NCBI GenBank assembly: GCA_963827635.1
Contig: CAWHBV010000009.1
Location: 204,573-268,572 of the forward strand
Source: an uncultured bacterium
GTDB taxonomy: Bacteria > Acidobacteriota > Aminicenantia > Aminicenantales > Saccharicenantaceae
Direction of reading: 5' to 3'
Length of the DNA: 64,000 nucleotides
In this document: positions 31,442 to 41,721 of the stretch, piece by piece
Position numbering within the stretch: position 1 is the stretch's first letter
How the letters are laid out: each line of letters opens with the position of its first letter
The notes under the pieces: model-generated
What the model saw: only the letters and a program-made list of their open reading frames with translations
Database searches by the model: none
What the model was told of the DNA's origin: nothing
Made by a program: the position numbers and the translations under genes

Positions 31442-32298
31442 AGCGCGCCACCCGCAAGTCGATCGTCCAGGCGATCGGGTTCCTGGCCTTGCGGGCGGCC
31501 CTGGCCCTCGTCCTGGCGGTGCTCCTGCTCTTCCTCTACGACATCGGCAAGAAGGGCGGCGGGGCCATCAGCTGGGAGTTCCTGTCCCAGGCGCCGCGCA
31601 AGGGCATGACCGAAGGCGGCATCTTCCCGGCCCTCTTCGGGACGTTCCTCGTGACGCTCATCACCGGCGTCCTGGCCGTCCCGCTCGGCATGGGCGCCGC
31701 GATCTACCTCAACGAATACGCCCGGCAGTCCCGCCTGACGAGGCTCATCCGGCTGTCCATCCGCAACCTCTCCGGCGTCCCGTCGATCGTCTACGGGCTC
31801 TTCGGCGTCATCCTCTTCGTCAACGTCATGAAGTTCGGCACCTCCGTCCTCTCGGCCGGACTGACCCTGGGCCTCATGACCCTGCCCTGGACGATCACGG
31901 CCAGCGAGGAGGCCCTGAAGACCATCCCCAATTCCTACCGCGAGGGCGCCCTGGCCCTCGGGGCGACCAAGTGGCAGGCGATCCGGACCAACGTCCTGCC
32001 CTACGCCGTCCCCGGCATGCTGACGGGGACGGTGCTCGGCCTGGCCCGGGCGGCCGGGGAGACCGCGCCGATCCTGTTCACCGGCGCGGCCTTCTACCTG
32101 CCGTTCCTGCCGAAGTCGCTCGGCGACCAGTTCATGGCCCTGCCGTACCACCTCTACATCATGGCCACCCAGCACCACGCCACCCTCCAGGTCCGGCCCC
32201 TGGCCTATGGCACCGCCCTGGTCCTGATCGTCTTCGTCCTGGGCCTGAACATGACCGCCGTCGTCGTCCGCTACCGGCTGAGAAGGAAGCAGAGATGA
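31438..32298 (+). CDS. pstA: Phosphate ABC transporter permease PstA
   Basis: [30 protein letters not shown] overlap with pstC. Confidence 0.93.
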   Translation: MKRATRKSIVQAIGFLALRAALALVLAVLLLFLYDIGKKGGGAISWEFLSQAPRKGMTEGGIFPALFGTFLVTLITGVLAVPLGMGAAIYLNEYARQSRLTRLIRLSIRNLSGVPSIVYGLFGVILFVNVMKFGTSVLSAGLTLGLMTLPWTITASEEALKTIPNSYREGALALGATKWQAIRTNVLPYAVPGMLTGTVLGLARAAGETAPILFTGAAFYLPFLPKSLGDQFMALPYHLYIMATQHHATLQVRPLAYGTALVLIVFVLGLNMTAVVVRYRLRRKQR

Positions 32299-33065
32299 GC
32301 ACCGAATCCTGTAACGCCAAGATCCAGGCCAGGAACCTCGATTTCTACTACGGGCCCGTCCGGGCCCTGAAGAACGTCACCATCGACTGTTACGACCGCA
32401 AGGTCACGGCCATCATCGGGCCCTCGGGCTGCGGCAAATCGACCTTCATCCGGACCCTCAACCGCATGAACGACGTCATCCCCGGGGCCCGGGTCGAAGG
32501 GAAGATCCTCATCGACGGGAGCGACATCCACGCCCCCGACGTCGACGTCGTCGAGCTGAGGCGCCGGGTGGGCATGGTCTTCCAGAAGCCGAACCCGTTC
32601 CCCAAGTCGATCTTCGACAACATCGCCTACGGCCTGCGGATCAACGGCCTGAAGGACAGGCGGACGCTCGAGGAGACGGTCGAGCGGAGCCTGCGCGGCG
32701 CCGCCCTCTGGGACGAGGTCAAGGACCGGCTCGACGCGAACGCCTTCGCCCTGTCCGGAGGCCAGCAGCAGCGCCTCTGCATCGCCCGGGCCCTGGCCGT
32801 CGAGCCCGAGGTCATCCTCTTCGACGAGCCCTGCTCGGCCATCGACCCCATCGCCACGGCCAAGGTCGAGGACTTGATTGAGAAGCTCAAGACACGGTAC
32901 ACTGTCGTCATCGTGACCCACAACATGCAGCAGGCGGCCCGCGTGTCCGACTACACCGCCTTCATGATGCTCGGGGAGTTGGTCGAGTTCGACGTCACGG
33001 AGAAGATCTTCACCAACCCGGCCAACAAGCTCACCGAGGACTACATCACGGGGCGGTTCGGATAG
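32295..33065 (+). CDS. pstB: Phosphate ABC transporter ATP-binding protein
   Basis: Walker [10 protein letters not shown], signature [14 protein letters not shown], Walker B ILFDEP. ATGA overlap with pstA. Confidence 0.96.
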   Translation: MSTESCNAKIQARNLDFYYGPVRALKNVTIDCYDRKVTAIIGPSGCGKSTFIRTLNRMNDVIPGARVEGKILIDGSDIHAPDVDVVELRRRVGMVFQKPNPFPKSIFDNIAYGLRINGLKDRRTLEETVERSLRGAALWDEVKDRLDANAFALSGGQQQRLCIARALAVEPEVILFDEPCSAIDPIATAKVEDLIEKLKTRYTVVIVTHNMQQAARVSDYTAFMMLGELVEFDVTEKIFTNPANKLTEDYITGRFG

Positions 33066-33093
33066 GGCCGGGCCCGGGACCGGAGGAGAAGCC

Positions 33094-33792
33094 ATGTCCA
33101 AGATGGAACGCCCGTTCGACGAAGAACTGAAGCTGCTCAAGGAGAAGCTCCTGGAGATGGCCGCCCGGTCCGAAGAGCAGATCGCCCTGGCCGTCCGCGG
33201 CCTCAAGGACCGGGAAGAGAAGCTGGCCTGCCAGGTCCTCGAGCGGGAAGAGGCCATCAACCGGCTCGACATCGAGATCGACGAGATGGCCATGCGCCTC
33301 CTGGCCCTGCGCCAGCCCATGGCGACCGACCTGCGCTTCATCACCTCGGCCATGAAGATCGGCAGCGACCTCGAGCGCATCGGCGACCTGGCCGTCAACA
33401 TCGCCGAGCGGACGATGGACCTGCTCAAGGCCCCCCAGCTCAAGCCGCTCATCGACATCCCCCGGATGGCCCTGATGGCCCAGGAGATGGTCCGGGACGC
33501 CCTGAAGGCCTTCATCGACGGCGACGACAAGCTGGCCAAGGACGTCTGCGAGCGCGACGACCGCGTCGACGGGCTCAACGACCAGGTCTTCCGGGAGCTC
33601 CTGACGTACATGATGCAGGACGCCGGGACCATCTCGCGGGCCGTCGATCTCATCCTCGTCGGACGCCACCTCGAGCGCATCGCCGACCACGCGACGAACA
33701 TCGCCGAGGACGTGATCTACATGGTCCGGGGCAAGACCATCAAGCACCACGTCGAGGAGGCCCGGCCGAAGACCTGCGCCGGAGGGGAATGA
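33094..33792 (+). CDS. phoU: Phosphate signalling complex protein PhoU
   Basis: Duplicated PhoU repeats (DLERIGDLAVNIAE and HLERIADHATNIAED). Confidence 0.95.
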   Translation: MSKMERPFDEELKLLKEKLLEMAARSEEQIALAVRGLKDREEKLACQVLEREEAINRLDIEIDEMAMRLLALRQPMATDLRFITSAMKIGSDLERIGDLAVNIAERTMDLLKAPQLKPLIDIPRMALMAQEMVRDALKAFIDGDDKLAKDVCERDDRVDGLNDQVFRELLTYMMQDAGTISRAVDLILVGRHLERIADHATNIAEDVIYMVRGKTIKHHVEEARPKTCAGGE

Positions 33793-33813
33793 CGCCCCGT
33801 CGCGGGGGCTAGC

Positions 33814-34545
33814 TCAGCTTCCGGATCCGGACCTCGATCCCTTTTTCGTGATGAGGAGCTTCGCCAGCCGCGAGGTGTCCGTGTCCCCGAAATGGTAAGG
33901 ATAGAGGACCTTGGGCCGGAAGGCCCGGGCCGCGTCGGCGACCATCTCGGGCGTCATGGTGTAGGGAAGGTTCATCGGCAGGAAGGCCACGTCGATGCCC
34001 TTCAGGGCCTTCATCTCCGGCGTGTTCTCGGTGTCGCCGGCGATGTAGACCCGCTTGTCGCCGAACGCGACGACATAGCCGTTGCCCGCTCCCTTGGGGT
34101 GGAACGGATTCCCCTTGGACCGCTCGTGGACGATGTTGTAGGCCGGCACGGCTTCGATGGCGAGACCGAGGACCGTCCGGGACTCGCCGTTGGCCAGGAT
34201 GACGGCTCCGGGGAGCTTGGCCGCGCAGGCCTTCGCCGCGACGATCGTCGTGTCCGGCTTGAGGATGGCCTTGAGGGCCGCCGGGTCGAGGTGGTCGGAG
34301 TGTTCGTGGGTGACGAGGACGAGGTCGGCCTTGGGGAGCGCGCCGTAATCGGCGACGGCGCCGTAGGGATCGATGTGAATGGTCTTGCCGCCGAAGGTCA
34401 TCATCAGCGTGCCGTGGCCGAGGAAGGTGATCTCCAGGTCGCCCTGCGATGTGGCGATGACGTCCTTTTCGTACTTCGACGGGGCGGCGGCGAAGCCGGC
34501 CAGGCCGAAGGCGAGGATGCAGACCGTCCAGACGAGCTTGTCCAT
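33814..34545 (-). CDS. Secreted MBL-fold metal-dependent hydrolase
   Basis: Signal peptide MDKLVWTVCILAFGLAGFAAA and a THEHSDHLD motif. A GAGGAGG RBS precedes the ATG at 34545. Confidence 0.85.
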   Translation of the reverse strand: MDKLVWTVCILAFGLAGFAAAPSKYEKDVIATSQGDLEITFLGHGTLMMTFGGKTIHIDPYGAVADYGALPKADLVLVTHEHSDHLDPAALKAILKPDTTIVAAKACAAKLPGAVILANGESRTVLGLAIEAVPAYNIVHERSKGNPFHPKGAGNGYVVAFGDKRVYIAGDTENTPEMKALKGIDVAFLPMNLPYTMTPEMVADAARAFRPKVLYPYHFGDTDTSRLAKLLITKKGSRSGSGS

Positions 34546-34629
34546 GGTGACCTCCTCGGAGTGTTTCGAGGTCATTATAGGCCCGTGACGGGCCGGCGCA
34601 ACGGAGAGGGGATGCCTTGGCCGCTGGTG

Positions 34630-34809
34630 TCAGAAAGCGAAAAGAGCCCGCAAAGCGAACAGGGCCGCCGTCGCGGCGGCGGCGAAGCCGAGCGAAGGAA
34701 GCCAGGGAAAGCCCGGGGCCCTGCGGTATCCGAGCACGATGCCCCGGAAGCTCCAGACGGACAAGGCCAGGGAGGCGAGGAATGAGAGGCCGGCGGCCAC
34801 GCTTGTCAT
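34630..34809 (-). CDS. Possible small (59 aa) two-TM membrane protein
   Basis: Hand-translated MTSVAAGLSFLASLALSVWSFRGIVLGYRRAPGFPWLPSLGFAAAATAALFALRALFAF. A GAGGA lies 9 nt upstream. It is below the ORF-track length cut-off. Confidence 0.3.
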   Translation of the reverse strand: MTSVAAGLSFLASLALSVWSFRGIVLGYRRAPGFPWLPSLGFAAAATAALFALRALFAF

Positions 34810-34929
34810 GGAGATCTGTCCTCAGGCCTCATTTCAGCAGGGGATTGTTAAGAAATGATAAAAAAACGGTGCCCAACGGAAATTATTTTTGATTATAATA
34901 CCGCATCATGACAGGCGCGAGGTGAGGTC

Positions 34930-35608
34930 ATGGCTCCGCGTGATCGCCGCTCTCGACGACGAGGCCGACATCCTCGAGCTCCTGAAGGTCACCCTGGAGA
35001 AGGCCGGCTACCGGTTCGAAGGCTTCCAGGAGGCGGACGGCCTGTTCCGCTACCTCGGCCGCGAGACGCCGGCCCTGCTCCTACTCGACCTGATGCTCCC
35101 GGAGACGGACGGGCTCGAGGTCTGCCGGCAGATCCGGAGGTCCGAGCGCCTGGCCGGGATCCCGGTCATCATGCTGACCGCGAAAGGGGACGAGTCCGAC
35201 AAGGTCGTCGGGCTCGAGCTCGGCGCCGACGATTACGTGACCAAGCCCTTCTCGGTCAAGGAGCTCGTCGCCCGGATCCACGCCGTCCTCCGCCGGCCGG
35301 CCGGGGGAGAGGCCGCCCGGCGGATCGCCCTGGGGACGCTGGTCGTCGATCTCGACAAGTTCGAGGTGGCCGTCGAGGGGGCGAAGGTCGAGCTGACCGC
35401 GACGGAATTCAAGATCCTGCAGCTGCTGGCGTCGAAGCCGGGGCGCGTCTTCACCCGCGACCAGATCCTCGACCACCTCTGGGGCGACGAGAAGGCCGTC
35501 GTCGACAGGACCGTCGACGTCCACATCCGGAACCTGAGGGAAAAGCTGGGCCCGGCGGCCTCCCTGATCAAGAACATCCGCGGCGTGGGGTACAAGGTCG
35601 AAGAATGA
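34930..35608 (+). CDS. OmpR/PhoB-family response regulator; a probable 1-nt frameshift lies right after the start codon.
   Basis: DDEADILELL...LLLLDLMLPETDG...TAKGDE receiver domain plus a winged-helix output (LTATEFKILQLL...RTVDVHIRNLREKL..IKNIRGVGYK). The ATG at 34930 has a GAGG RBS but lies one base out of frame with the body. In-frame alternatives are GTG at 34922 and 34940. Confidence 0.88.
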
Positions 35609-37335
35609 AGAAAACACTGTTCCTCAGGATCCTCATCGGTTACGCGTCCGTGATCGCCCTGCTCGCCCTGGCGGTGACGCTGTTCGCCCCGCCGTTGATG
35701 CGGAAGCACCACATCGCGGAGCGGGCCTCCAACCTGGAACGCATGGCCCTGCTCCTCGAGGGCCAGGTCGCGCCCTTTCTGATGACGGGAGACGCGGCCG
35801 GGGACCTCGAGGGCCTCGTGACCTCGTACGGCCGCAGGACGGGAACGAGGATCACGGTCATCGACGCCGACGGGATCGTCCTCGCCGACTCGGAGAAAGA
35901 GCCGCGGGACATGGAGAACCATCTCTTCCGCCCGGAGATCCAGGCCTCCCTCCGGGGCGAGAAGCAGATGTCGATCCGGGCCAGCTCGACGCTCAAGACC
36001 GACATGATGTACATGAGCATCCCCGTCGCCGTCGACGGCCGAGTCGAGGGCGCCCTGCGCCTGAGCTATTTCATGAAGGATTTCGAGGCGCTCATGGACT
36101 CCTTGCGCGGCGATCTGCTCAAGATCGTCGGGCTGGTCACGCTCCTGGCCCTCGTCCTGGCCATCTTCCTGACCCGGTCCGTGACCGGCCCGCTGCGCGA
36201 GGTCATCGACGCGTCGTCGAAGGTCGCGGCGGGCGATTTCGACGTCACCGTCTCGACCCGGCGGAGCGGCGAGTTCCGGGGGCTGGCCCGGAGCTTCAAC
36301 GCCATGACCGGAAAGCTCAAGGACATGTTCGGCGAGATCCGCCTTCAGAACGAGGAGATCGGGAGCATCCTGGCCTCCATCCGCGAGGGGCTCTGCGTCC
36401 TCGACGGGGACGCCCGGATCGTCCTCTGCAACGCCGGCTTCCGCCGCATCGCCGGGAACGACGCGCCCGAGGGCCGGCACTTCTGGGAGGTCGTCCGGAG
36501 CTCGGCGGCCGCCGAGGTCGTGCGCAAGGTCCGCGAAACGGGGACCGAGGCGGCTGCGGAGGCCGCGATCGGCGACCGGGCCTACCATTGCAGCGCCGCG
36601 CGCCTGGCCGCGGGCGACCGCATCGTCGTGACGCTCTACGACGTCACGGAATTCCGGGCCCTCGAGAAGACCAAGCGGGACTTCGCCGTCAACGTCTCCC
36701 ACGAGCTCAAAACGCCGCTGACGGCGATCAAGGGCTTCGTCGAAACGATGGAGCCCCGGGCGGAGGAGGAGAACAAGCCCTACCTCGAGATCATCCGCCG
36801 GAACACCGACCGGCTGATCGCCATCGTCGAGGACCTGCTCGTCCTGTCCCAGCTCGAGGACCGCGGACAGAAGCTCGAAAAGAGCGAGGTCCCCGTGAAA
36901 CCGCTGGCCGAGAACATCCTCAAGGTCTTCGAAAAGAGGGCGCGGGAAAAGGGCCTGACCCTGTCCCTCGAGGCGGCCCCGGACCTGCCCTCCGTCAAGG
37001 CCGATCCCCTCCAGGTCGAAGGCCTCCTGCTCAACCTCGTCGACAACGCCGTGAAATACACGGAGAAGGGGACGGTGACCGTCCGCCTGGCTTCCCGGCA
37101 GGGCCGCTTCGTCATCGAGGTCGCGGACACGGGCATCGGCATCGATGCCGAGCATCTGCCCCACATCTTCGAGCGGTTCTACGTCGCCGACAAGTCCCGC
37201 TCCAAGAAGCTCGGCGGCACGGGGCTCGGCCTGTCCATCGTCAAGCACATCGTCCTGGCCCACGACGGGACCGTCTCGGTCGCCAGCCGCCTCGGCGAGG
37301 GGACGACGTTCACGGTCGGCCTGCCGCTCGGCTGA
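35605..37335 (+). CDS. Sensor histidine kinase (PhoR-like: 2 TM, HAMP, PAS, HisKA, HATPase)
   Basis: H-box FAVNVSHELKTPLTAI, N box LLNLVDNAVKYT, G boxes DTGIGI and GGTGLGLSIV. ATGA overlap with the regulator gene. The frame is intact. Confidence 0.9.
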   Translation: MKKTLFLRILIGYASVIALLALAVTLFAPPLMRKHHIAERASNLERMALLLEGQVAPFLMTGDAAGDLEGLVTSYGRRTGTRITVIDADGIVLADSEKEPRDMENHLFRPEIQASLRGEKQMSIRASSTLKTDMMYMSIPVAVDGRVEGALRLSYFMKDFEALMDSLRGDLLKIVGLVTLLALVLAIFLTRSVTGPLREVIDASSKVAAGDFDVTVSTRRSGEFRGLARSFNAMTGKLKDMFGEIRLQNEEIGSILASIREGLCVLDGDARIVLCNAGFRRIAGNDAPEGRHFWEVVRSSAAAEVVRKVRETGTEAAAEAAIGDRAYHCSAARLAAGDRIVVTLYDVTEFRALEKTKRDFAVNVSHELKTPLTAIKGFVETMEPRAEEENKPYLEIIRRNTDRLIAIVEDLLVLSQLEDRGQKLEKSEVPVKPLAENILKVFEKRAREKGLTLSLEAAPDLPSVKADPLQVEGLLLNLVDNAVKYTEKGTVTVRLASRQGRFVIEVADTGIGIDAEHLPHIFERFYVADKSRSKKLGGTGLGLSIVKHIVLAHDGTVSVASRLGEGTTFTVGLPLG

Positions 37336-37356
37336 GACGGTTCCCCCCCGGGCGCT

Positions 37357-37384
37357 TTGCCCGCGGGCGCCCCTCTGCTATAAT
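37357..37384 (+). promoter_or_regulatory. Possible promoter (TTGCCC, 16 nt, TATAAT) ahead of the dsrM-like gene
   Basis: Read directly in the 80-nt spacer after the kinase gene. Confidence 0.35.
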
Positions 37385-37415
37385 GTCCCACTTCGGCCCG
37401 GCCGAAAAACCGACC

Positions 37416-38108
37416 ATGAGCGACTTCCTGAAGATCCTCGAGAACGAGGTCCAGATCGCGGCCCTGTCCTTCATGGCCGTCGTCTACATCCTCCGTCTGG
37501 CCTGGATCTTCCGCTTCCGGACGCGCCGCGACAGGACTTTCGCCGCGGGGCGCGGGTCGGCCGGGGCCGGCTATTCGCTCCTGAACATCGCCATGCCCCG
37601 GGCCATGGAATCGACGCGGAAAAGGCCCGGATTCTACGCCCAGTTCGTCGTCTTCCACATCGGCGTCGCGGCGGCCATCGCCGGGACCCTCATCATCCCT
37701 TACGCGCCGGGATTGTTCGAACGCCGAACGGTCGTCCTGCTGTTCCAGGGACTCATCGCGGCCGCCTTCGCCGTGGGGATCGCCCGGCTCGTCCGGCGCC
37801 TGAACAACCCGGTGCTCCGGAGCGTCAGCTCGCCCGACGATTACTTCTCCCTCGTCCTCCTCGTCGTCTGGTTCGCCGCGGCCGTGCTGGCCGTCCCCAA
37901 CCGGCCGGAAAGAGGGGAGTGGCCCCTCATCGCCTACTTCGGCCTGACGGCTTTCTTCCTGGTCTACGTGCCGTTCTCGAAGATCTGCCACTACCTCTAC
38001 TATCCCTTCACCCGATACTACCTGGGCCGCTCTCTCGGGCACAGGGGGGCCTTTCCGCCGGAGCAAGCCGGACGGGCCGGCAGGGCCCAAGGAAAGGAGC
38101 GGGCATGA
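37416..38108 (+). CDS. NarI/DsrM-family integral membrane cytochrome b-like protein
   Basis: A 230-aa protein with about 5-6 TM helices and conserved His (FVVFHIGV, KICHYLYYPF). It is translationally coupled (ATGA) to the DsrK-like gene. Confidence 0.78.
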   Translation: MSDFLKILENEVQIAALSFMAVVYILRLAWIFRFRTRRDRTFAAGRGSAGAGYSLLNIAMPRAMESTRKRPGFYAQFVVFHIGVAAAIAGTLIIPYAPGLFERRTVVLLFQGLIAAAFAVGIARLVRRLNNPVLRSVSSPDDYFSLVLLVVWFAAAVLAVPNRPERGEWPLIAYFGLTAFFLVYVPFSKICHYLYYPFTRYYLGRSLGHRGAFPPEQAGRAGRAQGKERA

Positions 38109-39533
38109 AGCGCCGGAAGACGGGACCCTCGGGAGTCGTCGAGGCCCCGCTCGATCCCCGGACGCAGGCCCGGGCCAAAGAAGAGGGATTGGCCTCGGTC
38201 CAGGCTGGCCGGCTCCGGACCTACGAACCCGGCGACAACACGCGCCGGTTCCTCGATCTGCTCGGCAGCCGCGTCTCCCGTCCGCTGGCGGTCTCGCTGA
38301 CGGCCTGCGTCCACTGCGGCCTCTGCGCCGAATCCTGCCACTATTTCCTGGCCCGCCCGGACGATCCGACCATGACGCCCGTCTGGAAAGCCGACCAGAT
38401 CCGCAAGATCTTCAAGCGCCACGTCGACTGGACCGGCCGGGTCGCCCCCTGGTGGGTCAAGGCCGGGTCGCCCCGCGACGACGAGGACCTCAACCGCCTC
38501 AAGAACATCGTCTTCGGCACCTGCAGCGCCTGCCGCCGCTGCACCTACAACTGCCCGATGGGGGTCGACACGGGGCTCCTGGTCCGGTTCGCGCGGGGCC
38601 TCCTGACCGAGCTCGGCGTCGTCCCCGAGGGCGTCTTCAACGTCAGCCGCGACCAGTGGGAGACGGGCAACCAGATGGCCGTCTCCGAGCAGGACTATCT
38701 GGAGACCTTGGAGTGGATGCGCGACGACGTCCGGACGGAGCTCGGCGACGATTCGGTCGAGATCCCCGTCGACAAAGAAGGATGCGACATCCTCTACACG
38801 ATCAATCCCCGGGAGATCAAATTCGATCCCCGCTCCATCGCCCAAGCCGCCAAGATCTTCCATCTGGCCGGGGAGTCCTGGACCATGCCGAAATGGGGCT
38901 GGGACCAGACCAACTTCGGCCTCTTCTCGGGCGACGACGAGCTGGGCGCCTTCGTCGCCCGCAACGTCTACGAAGCCGCCGAAAGGCTCCGGGCGAAAAG
39001 GATCGTCATCTCCGAGTGCGGCCACGGCTACCGCTCGACGCGGTGGGAGGGCTACACCTGGGCCGGCTTCGACCAGAAGCGGCCGACGGAGTCGGTCGTC
39101 GTCACTCTCAAGCGCTACATCGAAGCGGGCCGGATCGCGGTCGATCCGTCGAAGAACCCCGACGCCGTCACCTTCCACGACTCCTGCAACATCGCCCGCT
39201 CCGGCGATCTCGTCGAGGAGCCCCGGGACGTCCTGCGCCGCGTTTGCGCCGATTTCCGGGAGATGTATCCCAACCGCCGGGAGAACTTCTGCTGCACCGG
39301 CGGGGGCGGCCTGCTGTCCATGGCCGAATACCGGCCCCTGCGCCTCGAGGTCGGCAAGATCAAGGCCGACCAGCTCCGGGCGACCGGGGCCAAGCTCGTC
39401 TGCACGATGTGCCACAACTGCATCGACGGACTGAACGACGTGATCAAGCACTACAAGCTGCCCATGCGGGTCGTCCAGGTCCTGGAGCTCGTCTCCAACG
39501 CCCTGGTCCTGCCCGGCAAAAAGAGCGAAATAG
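38105..39533 (+). CDS. DsrK/HdrD-like Fe-S protein (CCG domain). As read, the ORF runs on to 39673; the true stop is probably TAG at 39531-39533, after an indel in the A-run at 39518-39522.
   Basis: CVHCGLCAESCH and CSACRRCTYNCP ferredoxin motifs, plus ECGHGY and FCCTGGGG CCG motifs. An AGGGAG RBS for the next gene follows the proposed stop. Length to 39533 is 1 mod 3. Confidence 0.82.
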
Positions 39534-39543
39534 GGAGTCCCTC

Positions 39544-39866
39544 ATGCCCATCCTGGAAGTCGAAGGCAGGACGGTCGAGGTCAACGAGGAGGGCTTTCTC
39601 GCCCATCCCGAGGAGTGGACCGAGGAGACGGCCAGGCTCCTGGCCAAGGCCGAGGAAGGCCTGGACGAGCTGACCGCCGAACACTGGGCGGTCGTCAAGT
39701 TCATCCGCGGAGTATTATCTGGAGAAGAGCCTGGCCCCCATGGTCCGCAAGATGTGCCAGGCCACGGGATTTCCCCTGATGAAGATCTACGATCTCTTCC
39801 CCTCGGGCCCGGCCAAGGGCGCCTGCAAGGTCGCCGGGCCTGCCCAAGCCCGACGGCTGCGTCTGA
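39544..39866 (+). CDS. dsrC: DsrC/TusE-family sulfur-carrier protein with both C-terminal cysteines; two +1 frameshifts as read (near 39709 and 39838).
   Basis: MPILEVEGRTVEVNEEGFLAHPEEWTEE...EHWAVVKFIR / EYYLEKSLAPMVRKMCQATGFPLMKIYDLFPSGPAKGACKVAG / LPKPDGCV lie across three frames. This gives a C-x10-C motif at the C-terminus. Confidence 0.85.
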
Positions 39867-39872
39867 GGCGCT

Positions 39873-41039
39873 TCAGCGCTTTTTCACCGGCAGGGCGGCG
39901 ATCTTCCCGACGGCGTCGACCGCCGCCCGGACGTGCTCTTCCGTGTTGAACGGCCCGATGCCGAAGCGCACCGCGCCGTGGATCCTGTCGGTCCCCATCT
40001 GTTCGTGGACGAGCGGGGCGCAGTGCAGCCCGGTCCGGCAGGCGATGCCGAAGTCGACGTCGAGCATGGTCCCGACGTCGGCCGCGTCCAGGCCCTCGAT
40101 GTTGAAGGCCAGAACGGCGATGTGGTTCTCGAGGCTGTCGAGGCAGTAGGTGACGACGCGGGGGATGGCCCGGAGGCCGTCGAGCAGGATCCCGGCGAGG
40201 CGCATTTCCTCGCGGTGGATGGCCTCGACGCCCTTGGCGTTGACCCAGGTCACCCCGGCCTTGAGGCCGGCGATGCCCATGACGTTGGGCGTGCCGTATT
40301 CGAGACGGTAGGGGTACTCGTCGAGGTGGGCCTTGACGGCCGAACGCACGCCCGTGCCGCCGGCCCGGGTGTGCCGGATCTCGACGCCCTCCCGGACATA
40401 GAGCCCGCCGATGCCCGTGGGGCCGAGGAGGGACTTGTGGCCGGTGAAGGCCACGACGTCGAGGCACTGGGCTTCCATGTCGATGGGCACCTTGCCCGCC
40501 GATTGGGACGCGTCGATGGCGAAGGGGATGCCCGCCTCGCGGCAGAGGCGGCCGATCGCGGCGATCGGCTGGACCGTGCCGATGACGTTCGAGGCGTGGT
40601 TGACGACGACCAGCCGCGTGTTGGGGCGGAACTTCCTGCGGATCTCCTCCGGGTCGACGAAGCCGGCCCCGTCGAAAGGCACGAAGTCGACCTCGACGCC
40701 GTCGCGGCGCAGGTGGTAGAGAGGCCGGAGGACGGAATTGTGCTCGATCGTCGTCGAGATCGCGTGGTCACCGGGCCGGAGCATGCCCGAGATGATGAGG
40801 TTGAGGGCGTCGGTCGAGTTGTAGCCGAAGCAGAGGCGGTTCGGATCGGTCCCGTGGAAGAACTGGGTCAGCAGCTTGCGGGTCTCCTCGACGACGAGCC
40901 CGGCCTCCATGCACAGGTCGTAGCCGGAGCGTCCGGGATTGACGCCGAAGTTGCGGTAGAAGTGGTCCATGTACGTGTAGACCTCTTCGGGCTTGGGAAA
41001 GGACGTCGCCCCGTTGTCGAGGAAGATCAGCTTGCTCAT
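39873..41039 (-). CDS. Cysteine desulfurase-family class V aminotransferase
   Basis: IFLDNGATSFPKP..., HASNVIGT, FTGHKSLLGPTGIGGL (PLP lysine) and GIACRTGLHCAP (active-site Cys loop). The frame is intact. Confidence 0.9.
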   Translation of the reverse strand: MSKLIFLDNGATSFPKPEEVYTYMDHFYRNFGVNPGRSGYDLCMEAGLVVEETRKLLTQFFHGTDPNRLCFGYNSTDALNLIISGMLRPGDHAISTTIEHNSVLRPLYHLRRDGVEVDFVPFDGAGFVDPEEIRRKFRPNTRLVVVNHASNVIGTVQPIAAIGRLCREAGIPFAIDASQSAGKVPIDMEAQCLDVVAFTGHKSLLGPTGIGGLYVREGVEIRHTRAGGTGVRSAVKAHLDEYPYRLEYGTPNVMGIAGLKAGVTWVNAKGVEAIHREEMRLAGILLDGLRAIPRVVTYCLDSLENHIAVLAFNIEGLDAADVGTMLDVDFGIACRTGLHCAPLVHEQMGTDRIHGAVRFGIGPFNTEEHVRAAVDAVGKIAALPVKKR

Positions 41040-41110
41040 GCTCTCGCTCCGCCGCGGATTGCCGGGACGGCCGTCCCGGGAGGAGGTATACTAAACAAAG
41101 CCCGTCCGAA

Positions 41111-41140
41111 TTGCAACCGGGCGCGGGGATTGCTTACAAT
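41111..41140 (+). promoter_or_regulatory. Possible folK promoter (TTGCAA, 18 nt, TACAAT)
   Basis: Read directly, 20 nt upstream of the folK ATG. The RBS is GAGAGGAG. Confidence 0.3.
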
Positions 41141-41160
41141 GGAAGAGAGGAGACGGACAC

Positions 41161-41652
41161 ATGGTGTATTTCCTGGGACTCGGCAGCAATCTGGGCCGGC
41201 GGTCCGCGAACCTGTCCCGGGCCCGCAGGCTCCTCGAAAAGGGCGGGCTCGAGGTCGTCAAGGCCTCGTCGGTCTATGAGACCGAGCCGGTCGATCTCCC
41301 CGACCAGCCGCTCTTCCTGAACCAGGTCCTCGAGGTCCGCACCGCGCTCGATCCGCCGGCGCTGCTGCGGCTCGCGAGATCCGTCGAGGCGGCCTTGAAG
41401 CGCGTGCCGACGGTGGCCAAGGGGCCGCGGACGATCGACGTCGACATCCTGCTCGCCGGGGACACGGTCCTCGAAACGCCGGACCTGGTCGTGCCTCACC
41501 CGCGCCTCCACCTGCGGAATTTCGTGCTCGTGCCCCTGGCCGAGATCGCGGCGGAGGCCCGGCACCCGGTGCTGGGGAAGACGGTCCGGGAGCTCGCCGC
41601 GGCGTCGCCCGACCGGGCCCGGGTCGTGAAGCTCGGACGGCGCCGCCGTTGA
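41161..41652 (+). CDS. folK: 2-amino-4-hydroxy-6-hydroxymethyldihydropteridine diphosphokinase
   Basis: VYFLGLGSNLG...YETEPV...FLNQV...GPRTIDVDILL...VPHPRLHLRNFVL. Confidence 0.93.
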   Translation: MVYFLGLGSNLGRRSANLSRARRLLEKGGLEVVKASSVYETEPVDLPDQPLFLNQVLEVRTALDPPALLRLARSVEAALKRVPTVAKGPRTIDVDILLAGDTVLETPDLVVPHPRLHLRNFVLVPLAEIAAEARHPVLGKTVRELAAASPDRARVVKLGRRRR

Positions 41653-41721
41653 CCGCCGGAGTCCCATCGGCGGCGGAAGAAAGACAGCCGTCCTGCGTCA
41701 AAATCGATGAAGGTGAATTCC

